Assembly: GCA_028826165.1 (NCBI GenBank)
Contig: JAPDFW010000090.1
Span: 186,001-250,000, forward strand
Origin: Anaeramoeba ignava BMAN
Taxonomy: Eukaryota > Protista > Anaeramoebae
DNA: 64,000 bases
Direction: 5' to 3'
Under the pieces are notes generated by a model. It was not told the DNA's origin, searched no databases, and saw only the letters and a program-made list of their open reading frames with translations. Made by a program: the position numbers and the translations under genes. This document shows positions 1-11,827 of this stretch, piece by piece (the stretch's first letter is position 1; every line of letters begins with the position of its first letter).

Positions 1-405
1 AAAAATTGTTTCATCAAAAAAAAAAGAAAAAAGAAAAAAGAAAAGAAAAAAGAAATTTAAATTTAAATTTAAAAAGATTGTTAGAATTAATTTTCCTAAT
101 AAAATAAAAAATAAAGTAAAAAATTAATTAAAAAATTAATTAAAAAATTAATATTTAATTTTATGGTTAGTTGGAAATTGATCAATTAAACCCCAACAAT
201 AAAAAAAAAAAAAGCAATTCATTATAAAAAATTAAAAATAAAAATTTAAATAATTTTCTTTTTCAGATCTTAATTAAAAATTGACATAAATTAAAGAATT
301 TTTTTTCAATTTAAATTAAATTATATTAAATTAAGAAAATTTATTTGCTATAAATAATCAAAAAAAAAGAAATTTTTTAATCAAAATAACCATCAAATTA
401 AGAAA

Positions 406-1125
406 TAATAAATAATATTCCAAAAATGTTAATAAATAATATTTTTAAAATGTTAATAAATAATAGTTTTAAAATGTTAATAAATAATATTTTTAAAATG
501 TTAATAACTAATATTTTTAAAATTTTCATGTTAATAAATAATATTTTTAAAATGTTAATAAATAATATTCAAAAATGTTAATAAATAATTAATAAATAAT
601 AATAAATAATAATTAATAAATAATATTCCAAAAATGTTAATAAATAATATTCCAAAAATGTTAATAAATAATATTCCAAAAATGTTAATAAATAATATTT
701 TTAAAATGTTAATAAATAATATTTTAAAATGTTAATAAATAATAAATAATATTCCAAAAATGTTAATAAATAATAATAAATAATATTCCAAAAATGTTAA
801 TAAATAATAAATAATAATATTTTTAAAATGTTAATAAATAATATTTTTAAAATGTTAATAAATAATATTCCAAAAATGTTAATAAATAATATTCCAAAAA
901 TGTTAATAAATAATATTCCAAAAATGTTAATAAATAATAATTTTAAAATGTTAATAAATAATATTTTTAAAATGTTAATAAATAATATTTTTAAAATGTT
1001 AATAAATAATATTTTTAAAATGTTAATAAATAATATTCCAAAAATGTTAATAAATAATATTTTAAAATGTTAATAATAATAATTAATAATAATATTTTTA
1101 AAATGTTAATAAATAATAATTTTAA
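406..1125. repeat. 24-bp minisatellite (AAAATGTTAATAAATAATATTCCA / ...ATTTTT variants) just downstream of SPT16
   Basis: Tandem units are directly visible; ORF 828..1073 (MLINNIFK/MLINNIPK)n is only the translated repeat. Confidence 0.95.
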
Positions 1126-1134
1126 ATACCTTAA

Positions 1135-4100
1135 TTAATCAGATTCAAAACTACTTTCTGAATCAGAAGATTCATAACGTTTTGTTAATGAATGGGCAAT
1201 ATTCCCCCAAAATCCATCTTTAATAAATTTACTTGGATCACGATTAACATAATCCATAATTTTATCCCACTTCAAATTAACAGGACTTTCAAAAAATAAA
1301 ATATTAGAATTATCAAGCCAATCCTTAACACCCTCAAGATTCTCAGAAGGAATTGCAGAAATTTGAACAACCGGTCTTTTATAATCCTTGAAAATAAGAA
1401 CCAAATCAAAATTACGAAGAACAAGAGAAATTCTTTCAAAAAAAGCAACTTCGACTTCATTGATCGGTAAAACCATAAAAGGACTTGAAGTGATATGAGT
1501 TAAACAATTCAGACTTGGGATGAAAACACCCGAGATTCTATCGCAAACACCTTCAAAAGCAATATGTCTGTAGGGATCTTCAAACTCAAATGGTGTTTGT
1601 TTATTGATTTTTGTGAAATAACTTTGAATCACTGATTCAACCTTTTTTGTGAAATTGGAAAAAATTCGATTGACTTTGGAAATCAAATTGAGATCGCGTT
1701 GTTCTTCCAAATCTTCCCCGTAAATATTTTCATGTTCATTCTGGATCGAATCAATAACTTGACGAGATTCACCAACCTCAGTATAAAACTGAATATCTGG
1801 GGTTTTTTTTTTACCGAGAATAATTTCGTGAATGAGATTGAAATGAAGAATTGATTTCATTGATTCTTTTTCTGCTTTGAAAAAAAATGCATGTTTAATA
1901 TTACTGTACAAGACATCAACAATTTCACCCTTTTTGGTAATAAATCTAAATCCATTTGAATGTGCCTCTAATGCCCCCGAGATTCTTCTTCCACTAATTG
2001 TTGGTTTTATAAACAAATCACCCACTAATCTTGGGACATGCCCTTGTGTTTTGACGAGATCTTCCTGTTTCACAATTGATTGCTGCATGATCCGATCTTC
2101 TTCTCTTGAAATCACTCTTCTTCTTAGTTCCTTGATCAGCCGATATGCTTCATTTGTATTTGCTGCATCTTGTGATCGATACTCAATATTTTTGATGAAT
2201 ATTTTCGAGTTTGCGTTTTCAGTCACAAAATTATATCTTTTTGAATCGATTGAAGAAGGTGAGATGAAATTGATTCGAATCTGGATTGAATCTCCTTCAT
2301 CGTTTTTAGTAATATTCCTGATGGTCGAGATGTGGAAAGGAACAGGCTTTCCATTTATCGGCAAAATAACTGTTTCCTTCTCTGTATCAACATAAATTCT
2401 GCTTTTCTTTAAATCCGATGGATAATCAAGTGTATTTTTATATGACTGTATCTGCTTTTCTTGTAAAAGATTATTTTCGGTGTCATTTTTATTTTCTTTA
2501 GAATTTTTATTTTTTGAATATCTTAATTCTGCTGCTTCTTGGATTTTTTTTGCAATGTTTTGTTGGTGGTGAACTCTTTTCTCGGTTCGATTTCTTCTTT
2601 TGAACTCTTCCTTTCTTCTTTTACTTGATCTTAAAACACGTTGTCCAATTGTTTTTTTTTCTTCATTTTCTCTTGCTTTCATGTTCACATTTTCTTTTTC
2701 TTTTTCTTTTTCTTTTTCTTTTTCCTTTTCTTTATTTTCTTCTGCAAGTTCATCCATAAAGGAATCTTCTGTTGTTTGTTCTTCTTGTGTGTTTGATTCT
2801 TCTGTTTCTTCTGTGAATTCTTCAGTGAGTTCTTCAACATCTTTTTTTCTTTTTTTATTTTTTTTGCTTTTGTTGTGTTTTTTATGTTTGTGTTTTTTGT
2901 GTTTATCTTTTTTCTTCTTTTTTTTGGAGTGTTTTTTTGATTTGTGTTTTTTATCCTTTTTCTTTTTTTCTGATTTTTCTTCATCATTTTTTTCCAAATC
3001 CATTTTATCATCTTTATCTTTATCATCTTTATCTTTATCTTTTTCTTTATCATCTTTTTCATCTTTTTCATCTTTTTCATCTTTTTCATCTTTTTCATCT
3101 TTTTCATCTTTTTCTTCTAATTTAAATAAAATATCTTCAAAAGATCTCTTACAAGAATTAGTAAGTAAATCAATACCAGAATTTGTTACAATAATAGTAT
3201 CTGCAACAATCAATGAGTAATTGTGACTCAAAATAAGCTCCATAATTTTCTTTTTTTCTTCCTCAATTTCCAATTCCAAATTTTCGTTTTTTTCAGTTGA
3301 ATTTTGGAGTTGATTTAATAATGAAATGAAATGGTCTTTTGTTAATTTGAAATCATTGTGATTAATTTCAGTGATATTTTCGAACCCAATGAAAATTATC
3401 AACTGCATTCCTTCTTGGAATTTTTTTTCTGAATTAGTTTGCTTGATTTGGAAATTATTATCATTATATTCCATTCCAGTAACAAATCCAAAACATTTGA
3501 TTAAATTATGAAATAAATCTGGTCTGTTATCCCTGATAAATGAAGAAACAACATTGTAACATTGTTGAAAAGAGACATCAGGCTTGATAAAAGAAATGAG
3601 GAATTGATATGCTTCATTAAGAAAATTATAATCCGCAATTTTTTCTTGTGATGGATTGACCATAAAAGTGCGGGAAACATTTGTGCAGTATGAATTATAT
3701 TTTGCGCCAAATGAGGAAATAATTGTATCAAATTTGATTGTGGAATTCTCAACAAAATTTTGAGTTTTTCTGTCCAAAAAAATAAAATCGTTGTCCATTT
3801 TTCGATAAATTGAAAGATCATCAGATTCAATAACTAATTGGTATTCTGGTTGTGAATAAGAACTTGATGTTAATATTTCTGGATTATTTGCTTGGAATCT
3901 GATGTTGTAAAATCCTCCACTTTGGATAATTGGTGATTCGCATGAATCAACAAGTTCTTCATTACATTTGATTTTAAATTTCGAAGGATTTAAAAGAAAT
4001 TGCTCAATTTTCTTGGCAAAAGTATTGTGATTGATTTCCTTCTTGCGAGAAATGATTGTTTTCATATTTGCCAAGAAATATTTTTTAAACACTGAGCTTG

Positions 4101-4692
4101 TAATAAGACTAGCTGTCTTGATATTTTCAATTTCCGTTTGATCTTTGACAGAAAATAAAAGAGAAAAAAAATCACTTAAATCTTGAATTGAAAACTTTTC
4201 CTCATTTTCTTTCATCACTTGCGTTAATAAATTTGCAAATTCGCCAATTATTTTTTCATTTGGCAAAAATCCCAACAAAAATTTTTCTTGGTTATCATTT
4301 GTTTCTAAAATATTTTTGAAAATATTTGCAATTAAATCTTGATTTTTTTGAATGACAACTTCCTTTTGTGAATTTTGTTGTCTTTGATATAAATGAAAAT
4401 TTAAAGTAAATTCCTTTGGAGCACCAGATTTAATATTTTGCAATATTTTGAGCTTTGCTTGTGATGTTACAAAATGGATATTTTTATTCTTTGTAAACGT
4501 TATTAATGTGTTTGGAAATTCCCATCCAAATAACCAAAATTGAAATTGATTTGAAATTTTTAATGCTTCTTTATCATTAATTTGTCCTACAAAACTATTT
4601 ATTGCATTTATTTCTTGAAAATTATTTTGCCAAATTGAATAAAATTTTTGTAATCTTGAAACAAATAATTCTATATTAATTTTTGCTTGCAT
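1135..4692 (-). CDS. SPT16: FACT complex subunit Spt16 (intronless, 1185 aa)
   Basis: Motifs QFWLFGWEFPNTL, PIIQSGG, YNSYCTNVSRTF, VILPINGKPVPFHISTIRN, GALEAHSNGFRF, FFERISLVLRNFDLVLIFKDY, NLKWDKIM; long charged linker mid-protein. Confidence 0.97.
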   Translation of the reverse strand: MQAKINIELFVSRLQKFYSIWQNNFQEINAINSFVGQINDKEALKISNQFQFWLFGWEFPNTLITFTKNKNIHFVTSQAKLKILQNIKSGAPKEFTLNFHLYQRQQNSQKEVVIQKNQDLIANIFKNILETNDNQEKFLLGFLPNEKIIGEFANLLTQVMKENEEKFSIQDLSDFFSLLFSVKDQTEIENIKTASLITSSVFKKYFLANMKTIISRKKEINHNTFAKKIEQFLLNPSKFKIKCNEELVDSCESPIIQSGGFYNIRFQANNPEILTSSSYSQPEYQLVIESDDLSIYRKMDNDFIFLDRKTQNFVENSTIKFDTIISSFGAKYNSYCTNVSRTFMVNPSQEKIADYNFLNEAYQFLISFIKPDVSFQQCYNVVSSFIRDNRPDLFHNLIKCFGFVTGMEYNDNNFQIKQTNSEKKFQEGMQLIIFIGFENITEINHNDFKLTKDHFISLLNQLQNSTEKNENLELEIEEEKKKIMELILSHNYSLIVADTIIVTNSGIDLLTNSCKRSFEDILFKLEEKDEKDEKDEKDEKDEKDEKDDKEKDKDKDDKDKDDKMDLEKNDEEKSEKKKKDKKHKSKKHSKKKKKKDKHKKHKHKKHNKSKKNKKRKKDVEELTEEFTEETEESNTQEEQTTEDSFMDELAEENKEKEKEKEKEKEKENVNMKARENEEKKTIGQRVLRSSKRRKEEFKRRNRTEKRVHHQQNIAKKIQEAAELRYSKNKNSKENKNDTENNLLQEKQIQSYKNTLDYPSDLKKSRIYVDTEKETVILPINGKPVPFHISTIRNITKNDEGDSIQIRINFISPSSIDSKRYNFVTENANSKIFIKNIEYRSQDAANTNEAYRLIKELRRRVISREEDRIMQQSIVKQEDLVKTQGHVPRLVGDLFIKPTISGRRISGALEAHSNGFRFITKKGEIVDVLYSNIKHAFFFKAEKESMKSILHFNLIHEIILGKKKTPDIQFYTEVGESRQVIDSIQNEHENIYGEDLEEQRDLNLISKVNRIFSNFTKKVESVIQSYFTKINKQTPFEFEDPYRHIAFEGVCDRISGVFIPSLNCLTHITSSPFMVLPINEVEVAFFERISLVLRNFDLVLIFKDYKRPVVQISAIPSENLEGVKDWLDNSNILFFESPVNLKWDKIMDYVNRDPSKFIKDGFWGNIAHSLTKRYESSDSESSFESD

Positions 4693-4824
4693 TTTTATAT
4701 TTTTTTTTTCTAAAAATGAAAAAAATGAAAATGAAAAAAATGAAAAAAATGAAAATGAAAAAAATGAAAAAAAAAAATGAAAAAAAAATTTTAAAAAAAA
4801 AGTTCGTTATTTTTTTCTTTTAAA
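4693..4824. promoter_or_regulatory. 132-bp bidirectional promoter region (SPT16 / eEF2-like) with tandem TTTCATTT Inr-like motifs on the SPT16 sense strand
   Basis: Head-to-head ATGs at 4692 and 4825; AAAATGAAA repeated across 4714-4781. Confidence 0.55.
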
Positions 4825-7800
4825 ATGTTTGAATTGTAATTTAATTAAAAAAAAAAAAAATAAAAAATAAAAATTAATAACAAAAAAATAAAAAAAAAGA
4901 CAAGAAATTCAAAAAAATGAAGAAAAAATAAGGATTTTTGGTATTTTTGAAAATGAAAATTCTTTAGTAACTGATCAATTTGTTTCAAAATGGTATATTT
5001 ATTTAAGAAGAAATGATTATATTTTTGATAGAAGAGATGAACCAGAACCTAGTTTAAGTTATAGAAGGAATATAATATTAAAATATAAGAAAACCAACCA
5101 AAAAGAAGCAAAAAAAGAAGAAGATTCTGTAAACAATTTTTACATTTATTTTTATTTAAATTTTTACATTTAAATTTATTTAGATATTTAAATTGAATTT
5201 ATTTAAATATTTACATGGAATTGATTTGGATATTTAAATGGAATTTATTTGGATATTTACATGGAATTTATTTAAATATTTAAATGGAATGAATTTATTT
5301 AATTAAATTTATTTAAATAGAATTGATTTGGATTTTATTTACATGGAATTTATTTAAATGGAATTTATTTAAATGGAATTTATTTAAATGGAATTTATTT
5401 AAATGGAATTTATTTAAATGAAATTTATTTAAATTAAATATTTAAATGGAATTGATTTGTATATTTAAATTTAATTTAATTTGGATATTTACATGGAATT
5501 GATTTAAATTTATTTAAATGGAATTTATTTAAATTGATTTGGATATTTTAAATTGATTTAAATTTTTAAATGGAATTTATTTAAATTGATTTGGATATTT
5601 AAATGGAATTTATTTAAATTGATTTGGATATTTAAATTGATTTGGATATTTAAATGGAATTTATTTGAATTTATTTAAATTGAATTTATTTAAATTGATT
5701 TGGATATTTAAATGGATTTAAATGGAATTTATTTATTTAAATTTATTTAAATGGAATGAATTTATTTAATTAAATTTATTTAAATAGAATTGATTTGGAT
5801 ATTTAAATTGAATTGATTTAAATGGATTTAAATTGAATTTATTTATTTATTGATTTGAATTTATTTGAATTTAAATTTATTTAAATTGGATTTATTTAAA
5901 TTTTTTAATGGAATTCATTTAAATTTCAATTTTTAGATGATCTTTTATCTCCTTTCATTCCCATCTCTAAATTTAGATGCTCAAGAATTAATACAAGCAA
6001 CACCAGTTATTGATGGTTTAATTTTTGTTTTCCCTTCAACTTCTTCTCTTACAAAAATTGATTCTTATATTAGATACTCAATCACTCATAAAGTTAAACC
6101 AATCCTCTTTTTAGATAATATTTTTGATTTAATTCTTAATCCTGATTTAGATTTACAAAAAACTTTCCAAATTCTTTCTGAAATAATCGATAATTTTAAT
6201 CACATAATCTCATCTTGTTTACCTGATTTCTTTCAAAATTTCTCACTTGATCCAATCAAAGGAAATGTTGTTTTTGGATCTTCTCCCCATAGCTTTGGAT
6301 TCACTATTGAAAAATTTGCTAGTTTTTATAATAAAAGATTTTTTGTTAATCAAGAAAAATTAACTGAAAAATTGTGGGGAAAAAAATACTGGAATCAAGA
6401 ATCAAAAAAATTCACATCAAAAAACACCTCGAAATCAGGAAAACAATTAAGAACAACATTTGCGCAATTTGTTTTGGAGCCTTTATTGCAATTTTTGCAA
6501 GCAATCAAAGCGAATGAAAAAGAAAAAGTGCGCAAAATGTGTGGTTCATTAGGAATTAAGATACAATATGAAGATTTAGAAATTGAAGAACCAAATAGAA
6601 GAATAAGGAGAATAATGGAGAAATTTATTAATTTAGCAGAAACATTGGGAGGTGCAGTCTCAATTCATTTGCCTTCTCCAAAACAAGCACAAAAATATAG
6701 GGTGGAAAATTTTTATACTGGTCCGTTAAATGATCCAAATGCAGAAGCCATTTGTGATTGTGATCCTAATGGACCGTTATTTGTTTATGTTTGGAAATGG
6801 ACTTCAATCGAACGATCAAGAAATTTTGCTTTTTTTGCAAGAATTTTTTCAGGAAATCTTAAAATGCGCCAAAAAGTTAATAAAATATCCGCAAATTATA
6901 AATTAGGAGAACGAGAAAATGTGACAGAAAAAACAATCCAAAGAATTTTCATGTTTTCAGGTTGGCAAATAGAAACAATATCTGATTGTTTATGTGGAAA
7001 TCTTGTTTGTATACAAGAAATGTATGATCCTACATCTCCAGTAACTTTGACAGATTTTTATCCTTTTTATCCATTTAAAACACACTCATTTCATAATCAA
7101 AAAGTCATGAAAATTCAAATTGAACCATCACAAAAAGATCTGCAAAAAATAACGGATTTTTTGAGAAAAGAAACTAGACTAAATCCATATTTATCATTCG
7201 AAACAGATGATACTCGTGCTTTTTTTTCTGTTGAATCTCCAAATAAAGAAATGATTGAAGACTTGATTGAAAAATTGAAAAAACAAAAACAAATTGAATA
7301 TTCAATCACAAAATTGCGACCCATTTACAGAGAAACAATCCAAAAAAAATCCACTTTTACTTCTTTAGCAATTTCTCCAAACAAACATAACAAAATTTAT
7401 ATGAATGCTGAACCAATTCCAAGCGATCATGAAAAGAAAATTTCCAAGAAATTTACCAAAATAAAGGATGCTTTATATGAAAGAAATGCACTTTTTATTG
7501 ATGAACTTGGATGGAGTCAAACAGACACTCAAAGAATTTGGGATCTTGGATCAGATTCAGAAAATCCTTTATTAATAGTTGATAAAACATCACCTGTTTT
7601 ATATTTGAATGAAACAAAGGATTATTTCAATGCCGCTTTGAATCATGTTTCAAAAGGCATTTTGTGCAATCAAAAATTAAAAGGTGTTCAATTCAATATT
7701 ATTGATGCTATTTTGCATTCAGATTCAATTCATAGAGGTGGTGGTCAACTTATTCCAACTATTGCAAGAGTTATCAAATCTTCATTTTTATCTGCTGATC

Positions 7801-8168
7801 CAAAAATAATGGAACCTTTTTTCAATTTTAGACTTGAAATTTCTCCACAAAAAACTCAAATTATGAAAGATTTTTTCTCTCAAAATCAAAATGTACAACT
7901 TAAATCATCAAATATTTCTGATTGTTTTAATTCAATTTTTGAAGGAGTGATTTCAGTTCAAGATTCTTTTGATTTCAAGAAAAGATTATCTGATTTACTT
8001 GATGAATATCCCATTTTATTTTTTGATTTTGATTCCTGGAGAATTGTTGAAGGTGAAATTTGGGATATAAATTCAAAAGCTTATTCTTTAATTACTGAAT
8101 TAAGAAAAGAAAATAATTTAGAGATAGATATTCCAACTCTTGAAAGTTTTTTAAATTTTAGGAAATGA
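4825..8168 (+). CDS. eEF2 paralogue with degenerate G domain; exons 4825-4835, 4900-5128, 5937-8168 (823 aa)
   Basis: GT-AG introns 4836-4899 and 5129-5936 join in frame (11+229 nt, then phase 0). eEF2 motifs: DPIKGNVVFGS, HLPSPKQAQKYRVENFYTGP, CDPNGPL, FARIFSG, SPNKHNKIYM, LHSDSIHRGGGQLIPT. G1/G3/G4 are not recognisable. Confidence 0.88.
5129..5936 (+). repeat. 808-nt intron filled with a degenerate ~18-bp minisatellite (ATTTATTTAAATGGAATT)
   Basis: GTAAAC donor at 5129, TTTTAG acceptor at 5936; repeat units visible. Confidence 0.85.
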
Positions 8169-8445
8169 AAGAATTAAAATTAAAATTAGAAATTAAAATT
8201 AAAATTAAAATTAAAATGAAAGAATTAAAATTAAAATTAAAATTAAAATTAAAATTAAAATTAAAATTAAAATTAGAAATTAAAATTAAAATGAAAATTA
8301 AAATTAAAATTAAAATTAAAATTAAAAATTAAAATTAAAATTAAAATTAAAATTAAAATTAAAATTAAAATTAAAATTAAAATTAAAATGAAAATGAAAA
8401 TTAAAATTAAAATTGAAATGAAATATTTTTCTCTTTCAAATTCTT

Positions 8446-9861
8446 TCATCTTTTCTCAAAATAAACTTCAATATTTTCAATATTCATTTCATAAGATCCT
8501 CCAAATAATGAATATAATTCTTTGGATTGATAAGGAAATCCATCAGGTGTTTTATAAGAAATACCAATATTTAATGATCCTTTTGTCATATTTTCTCTAA
8601 TTTCAATATCATATCCTGCTCCAAAAATTGGACCGTAATCTTTATAAGAACAAATAGCATTCACTGTTTCATTTTCTTGGATTGGAAATTTGAAACTTGA
8701 TTTAACAGGATTTTTCAAAGTGAAAATGAAGGCAAGATCATCTTTAATCCATGAAGAATCACCTGACTTGAATCCAACATAAGTAAATCCTCCTAAAATA
8801 CATCCATTTTTAAGCTTAACAAGAATTAATGTTTTTCCTTTATCATCCGCTTTTGTGTGAAATGTTTCGCATGAAGAACCATCTCTTTTCATAGAAAAAC
8901 CAAGTTCAAGTGAATCAAAAAAATTGTTATCATTAATCCATTCTTTTAAATAACCAAAATATTTTGATTTTTTCAAAATTTCCGATTTGAAAAGTGCTCT
9001 TGGATTGAATATCAATAATCCCTGCTTTTCTGCTTCTTTTTGATAGAACTGCAATAAATTATACGATTTCTCATTTGAAGGAGAAATCGATTTCAAAAAA
9101 GAAAGTGATTGAAGAGTTTCCTTTTCAATAAAATTAAGTGATTCGAAATTTTCGAATTCTTCGTCTTGGAAATCAATAATCCGAATTTTGAAAATGAGAT
9201 TCTGGAATTTTTGCTTGATAATATCCTTCTCTTGAGAGCTAATTCGTTCGTCTGTTGATTTCAAATTGAGTTTTCTTTTTGACCATCTAATAAAAGCATT
9301 AAAAATATCGAATTCTTTTGCATTGATAAAATCACTGGATAAAATTTTGGTTAATTGAACTTCTTTAAGTTGAAAAAATTGAGAACTTTGAGAAAATGTG
9401 GCAAAATTATCTTTGATATAGTCATAACAAAGATCAGTTAATTCGTTAAAATGATTTGATTCTGCAAATTCTAAAAGGGGAATAACATTATTATCTTCCA
9501 AGTGATTTCGAATATAAATTGAACAAAAACTCCCAATTTCTTCAATTAAATATTTTGAAGAAAAAACCAATAATTCTGAGACATTTTCTACTGAAATTGT
9601 AATATTTCCTGTGTAAAAATATTCCAAAATAATTGAAAAAATTTCTCCTTTAACATTTTGTAAAAACATTTTGGAACTTGTTTGTGAATTTATAAACTTT
9701 CTGAAAAAATCATTTCTTGTTGAAAGAATTGCTTTATGGCATTTAAAATGTGTTGTTTTTTCTGTTTGGCAAATAACTTCAAAATCTGTAAAGTTTTTTG
9801 AATCATAAAGTTCTTTTAAATTTAATGAAAGTTTTTCAAGTGAAGAAAATGTTTGAGTCAT
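8446..9861 (-). CDS. BTB-BACK-TLDc protein (471 aa)
   Basis: BTB: DFEVIC..FKCHKAILSTRNDFF..ILEYFYTG; BACK: EFDIFNAFIRW; TLDc: RDGSSCETFHTKADDKGKTL..GGFT..AFIFTLKN..YGPIFGAG..EVYF. Confidence 0.93.
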   Translation of the reverse strand: MTQTFSSLEKLSLNLKELYDSKNFTDFEVICQTEKTTHFKCHKAILSTRNDFFRKFINSQTSSKMFLQNVKGEIFSIILEYFYTGNITISVENVSELLVFSSKYLIEEIGSFCSIYIRNHLEDNNVIPLLEFAESNHFNELTDLCYDYIKDNFATFSQSSQFFQLKEVQLTKILSSDFINAKEFDIFNAFIRWSKRKLNLKSTDERISSQEKDIIKQKFQNLIFKIRIIDFQDEEFENFESLNFIEKETLQSLSFLKSISPSNEKSYNLLQFYQKEAEKQGLLIFNPRALFKSEILKKSKYFGYLKEWINDNNFFDSLELGFSMKRDGSSCETFHTKADDKGKTLILVKLKNGCILGGFTYVGFKSGDSSWIKDDLAFIFTLKNPVKSSFKFPIQENETVNAICSYKDYGPIFGAGYDIEIRENMTKGSLNIGISYKTPDGFPYQSKELYSLFGGSYEMNIENIEVYFEKR

Positions 9862-9963
9862 TTTTTGCTTTTTTTTTTAAATTTTTAATAAAAAAAAAAT
9901 GAAAACAAAAAATTCAAAAAAAATTCAAAAAAAAAATTATTTTTTTTCTTTCTCTTTGTTAGT

Positions 9964-11746
9964 TCAAAGTTTTGTTTTGCAAATTGGACATGTAGGATTT
10001 ATTTTTAACCATGGATCAATGCAACTAAAATTTTAAATAAATTAAATTAGAAAGTGGAATGAAAATTTTAAATAAATTTTAAATAAATTTTAAATAAATT
10101 TATACTCTTTATGAAAGATATGGAAACATGGTAAAGTTTTCATTGTATCTTCATGTTCAAAATCACATTTACAAATTGCACATCTTTTAATTTTAATTTT
10201 AATTTTAATTTTAATTTTAATTTTAATTTTAATTTTAATTTTAATTTTAATTTTAATTTTAATTTTAATTTTAATTTTAATTTTAATTTTAATTTTAATT
10301 TTAATTTTAATTTTAATTTTAATTTTAATTTTAATTTTAATTTTAATATTTATTTACGTTAATTGATCAGCTTTTCCTTGTTTTTCTTTATCAAATTTCC
10401 AAGTAGGAAAATTATTTAAATTAATTGGACTTTTTTGAGATCTATGTCTATGTCTAGTACTAAATAGAGTATTTTGAGGTTCATCTTGATTTCGAGAAAA
10501 AATTGAAATATTTGGATTTGGATTTGGATTTAGATTTGGATTTATAATTCGAGAAAAAATTTGTGTTTGATGATTTCTATCTTGATTTCGAGAAAAAATT
10601 GAAATAGGATTCGGATTTGGATTTGGATTTGGATTTGAATTTGGATTTGGATTTGGATTTGGATTTGGATTTATAATTCGAGAAAAAATTTGTGTTTGAT
10701 GATTTCTATCTTGATTTCGAGAAAAAATTGGATTTGGATTTGGATTTGGATTTGGATTTGTATTTGTATTTGTATTTGGATTTAAATTTAAATTTGAATT
10801 TGAATCTGAATATGAATCTGAATCTGAATATGAATATGAATTTGAATTTGAATTTGAATTTGAATTTGAATTTGAATTTGAATATGAATCTGAATATGAA
10901 TCTGAATCTGAATATGAATTTGAATTTGAATTTGGATTTGAATATGAATATGAATTTGAATTTGGATTTGGATTTAAAATTGAATTTTGTTGTTGATAAT
11001 TTTGATTTTGATTTGGATTTGGATTTAAATTTGGATTTGAATTTTGTTGCTGATTTTGGATTCGAATTTGTCGAAAAAGTGAATAAGGTTTATTTTGATT
11101 ATTTTGATTTTGATAATTTTGATTTTGATTTTGATTTTGATTTTGATTTTTATTTTGATAATTTTGTTGATAATTTTGATTTTCATTTTGATTTTGATTT
11201 GAATTAAAAATTTTGATTTTTTTTTGTTTTTTTTTTGATTTTGATAATTTTTTTGATTTTTTGGATTTTGATTTTGATTTGGATTTTGATTTTGAATTTT
11301 GAATTAAAAATTTGAAATTTTTGTTGTTGTTGTTTTTTGATAATTTTTTGTTTTGTTTTTTTTGTTGTTGTTGATAATTTTGTTGATTTTGATTTAATTT
11401 TTGATTTTTGTTTTTGGATTTTGTTTTTTGATTTTGATTTGATTTAAAAATTGGATAATTTTGTTGTTTGGATTTTGATTTTTGATTTGATTTTTTTTGG
11501 ATTTTGTTGATTTTGTTGATTTTGATTTTGAATTTGTCGAAAAAGTGAATAAGGTTGATTTATATGTTGTTGATTTTGTTTTTCAAATTCTCTTGAAATT
11601 ATTTCATCTTGTTTTAATATTTGTTTTTTTTGTTTTTGTGTTTTTTTATATTCAAGATCATATTCTTTTTGCATTAATTTTGCATATTCTTCATCAGTTA
11701 ATTTTTTGATTGGTATTTTGGAATTATGAGAATTAGGATTTTGCAT
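9964..11746 (-). CDS. RING-H2 E3 ubiquitin ligase with N-terminal MIU-like motif and Q/N/I low-complexity middle; exons 11746-10358 (frame noisy near 11200-11450), 10183-10106, 10024-9964
   Basis: Spliced C-terminus reads QLTCAICKCDFEHEDTMKTLPCFHIFHKDCIDPWLKINPTCPICKTKL*; introns 10357-10184 and 10105-10025 are GT-AG; N-terminal TDEEYAKLMQKEYD. Confidence 0.85.
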
Positions 11747-11827
11747 TTAAAAAAAAAAAAAAAAAGAGGAAAAAAATGAATTTTAATTTTTTTTTTTTTC
11801 ATTTTTTTTTTAATTAAAAAATAAAAA

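Noticed and set aside
828-1073. ORF MLINNIFK... and other low-complexity ORFs (10153, 10692, 23627-23911, 25048-27016, 52586-54959 alternative frames, 57709-58776)
   Set aside because: These are translations of micro/minisatellites or antisense and alternate frames of real genes.
3220-3890. Insertions in the Spt16 N-terminal domain considered as inteins (one ends ..SHN)
   Set aside because: They are only about 40-50 aa, with no Cys/Ser start plus block B motif, and the residue after HN is Tyr rather than Cys/Ser/Thr.
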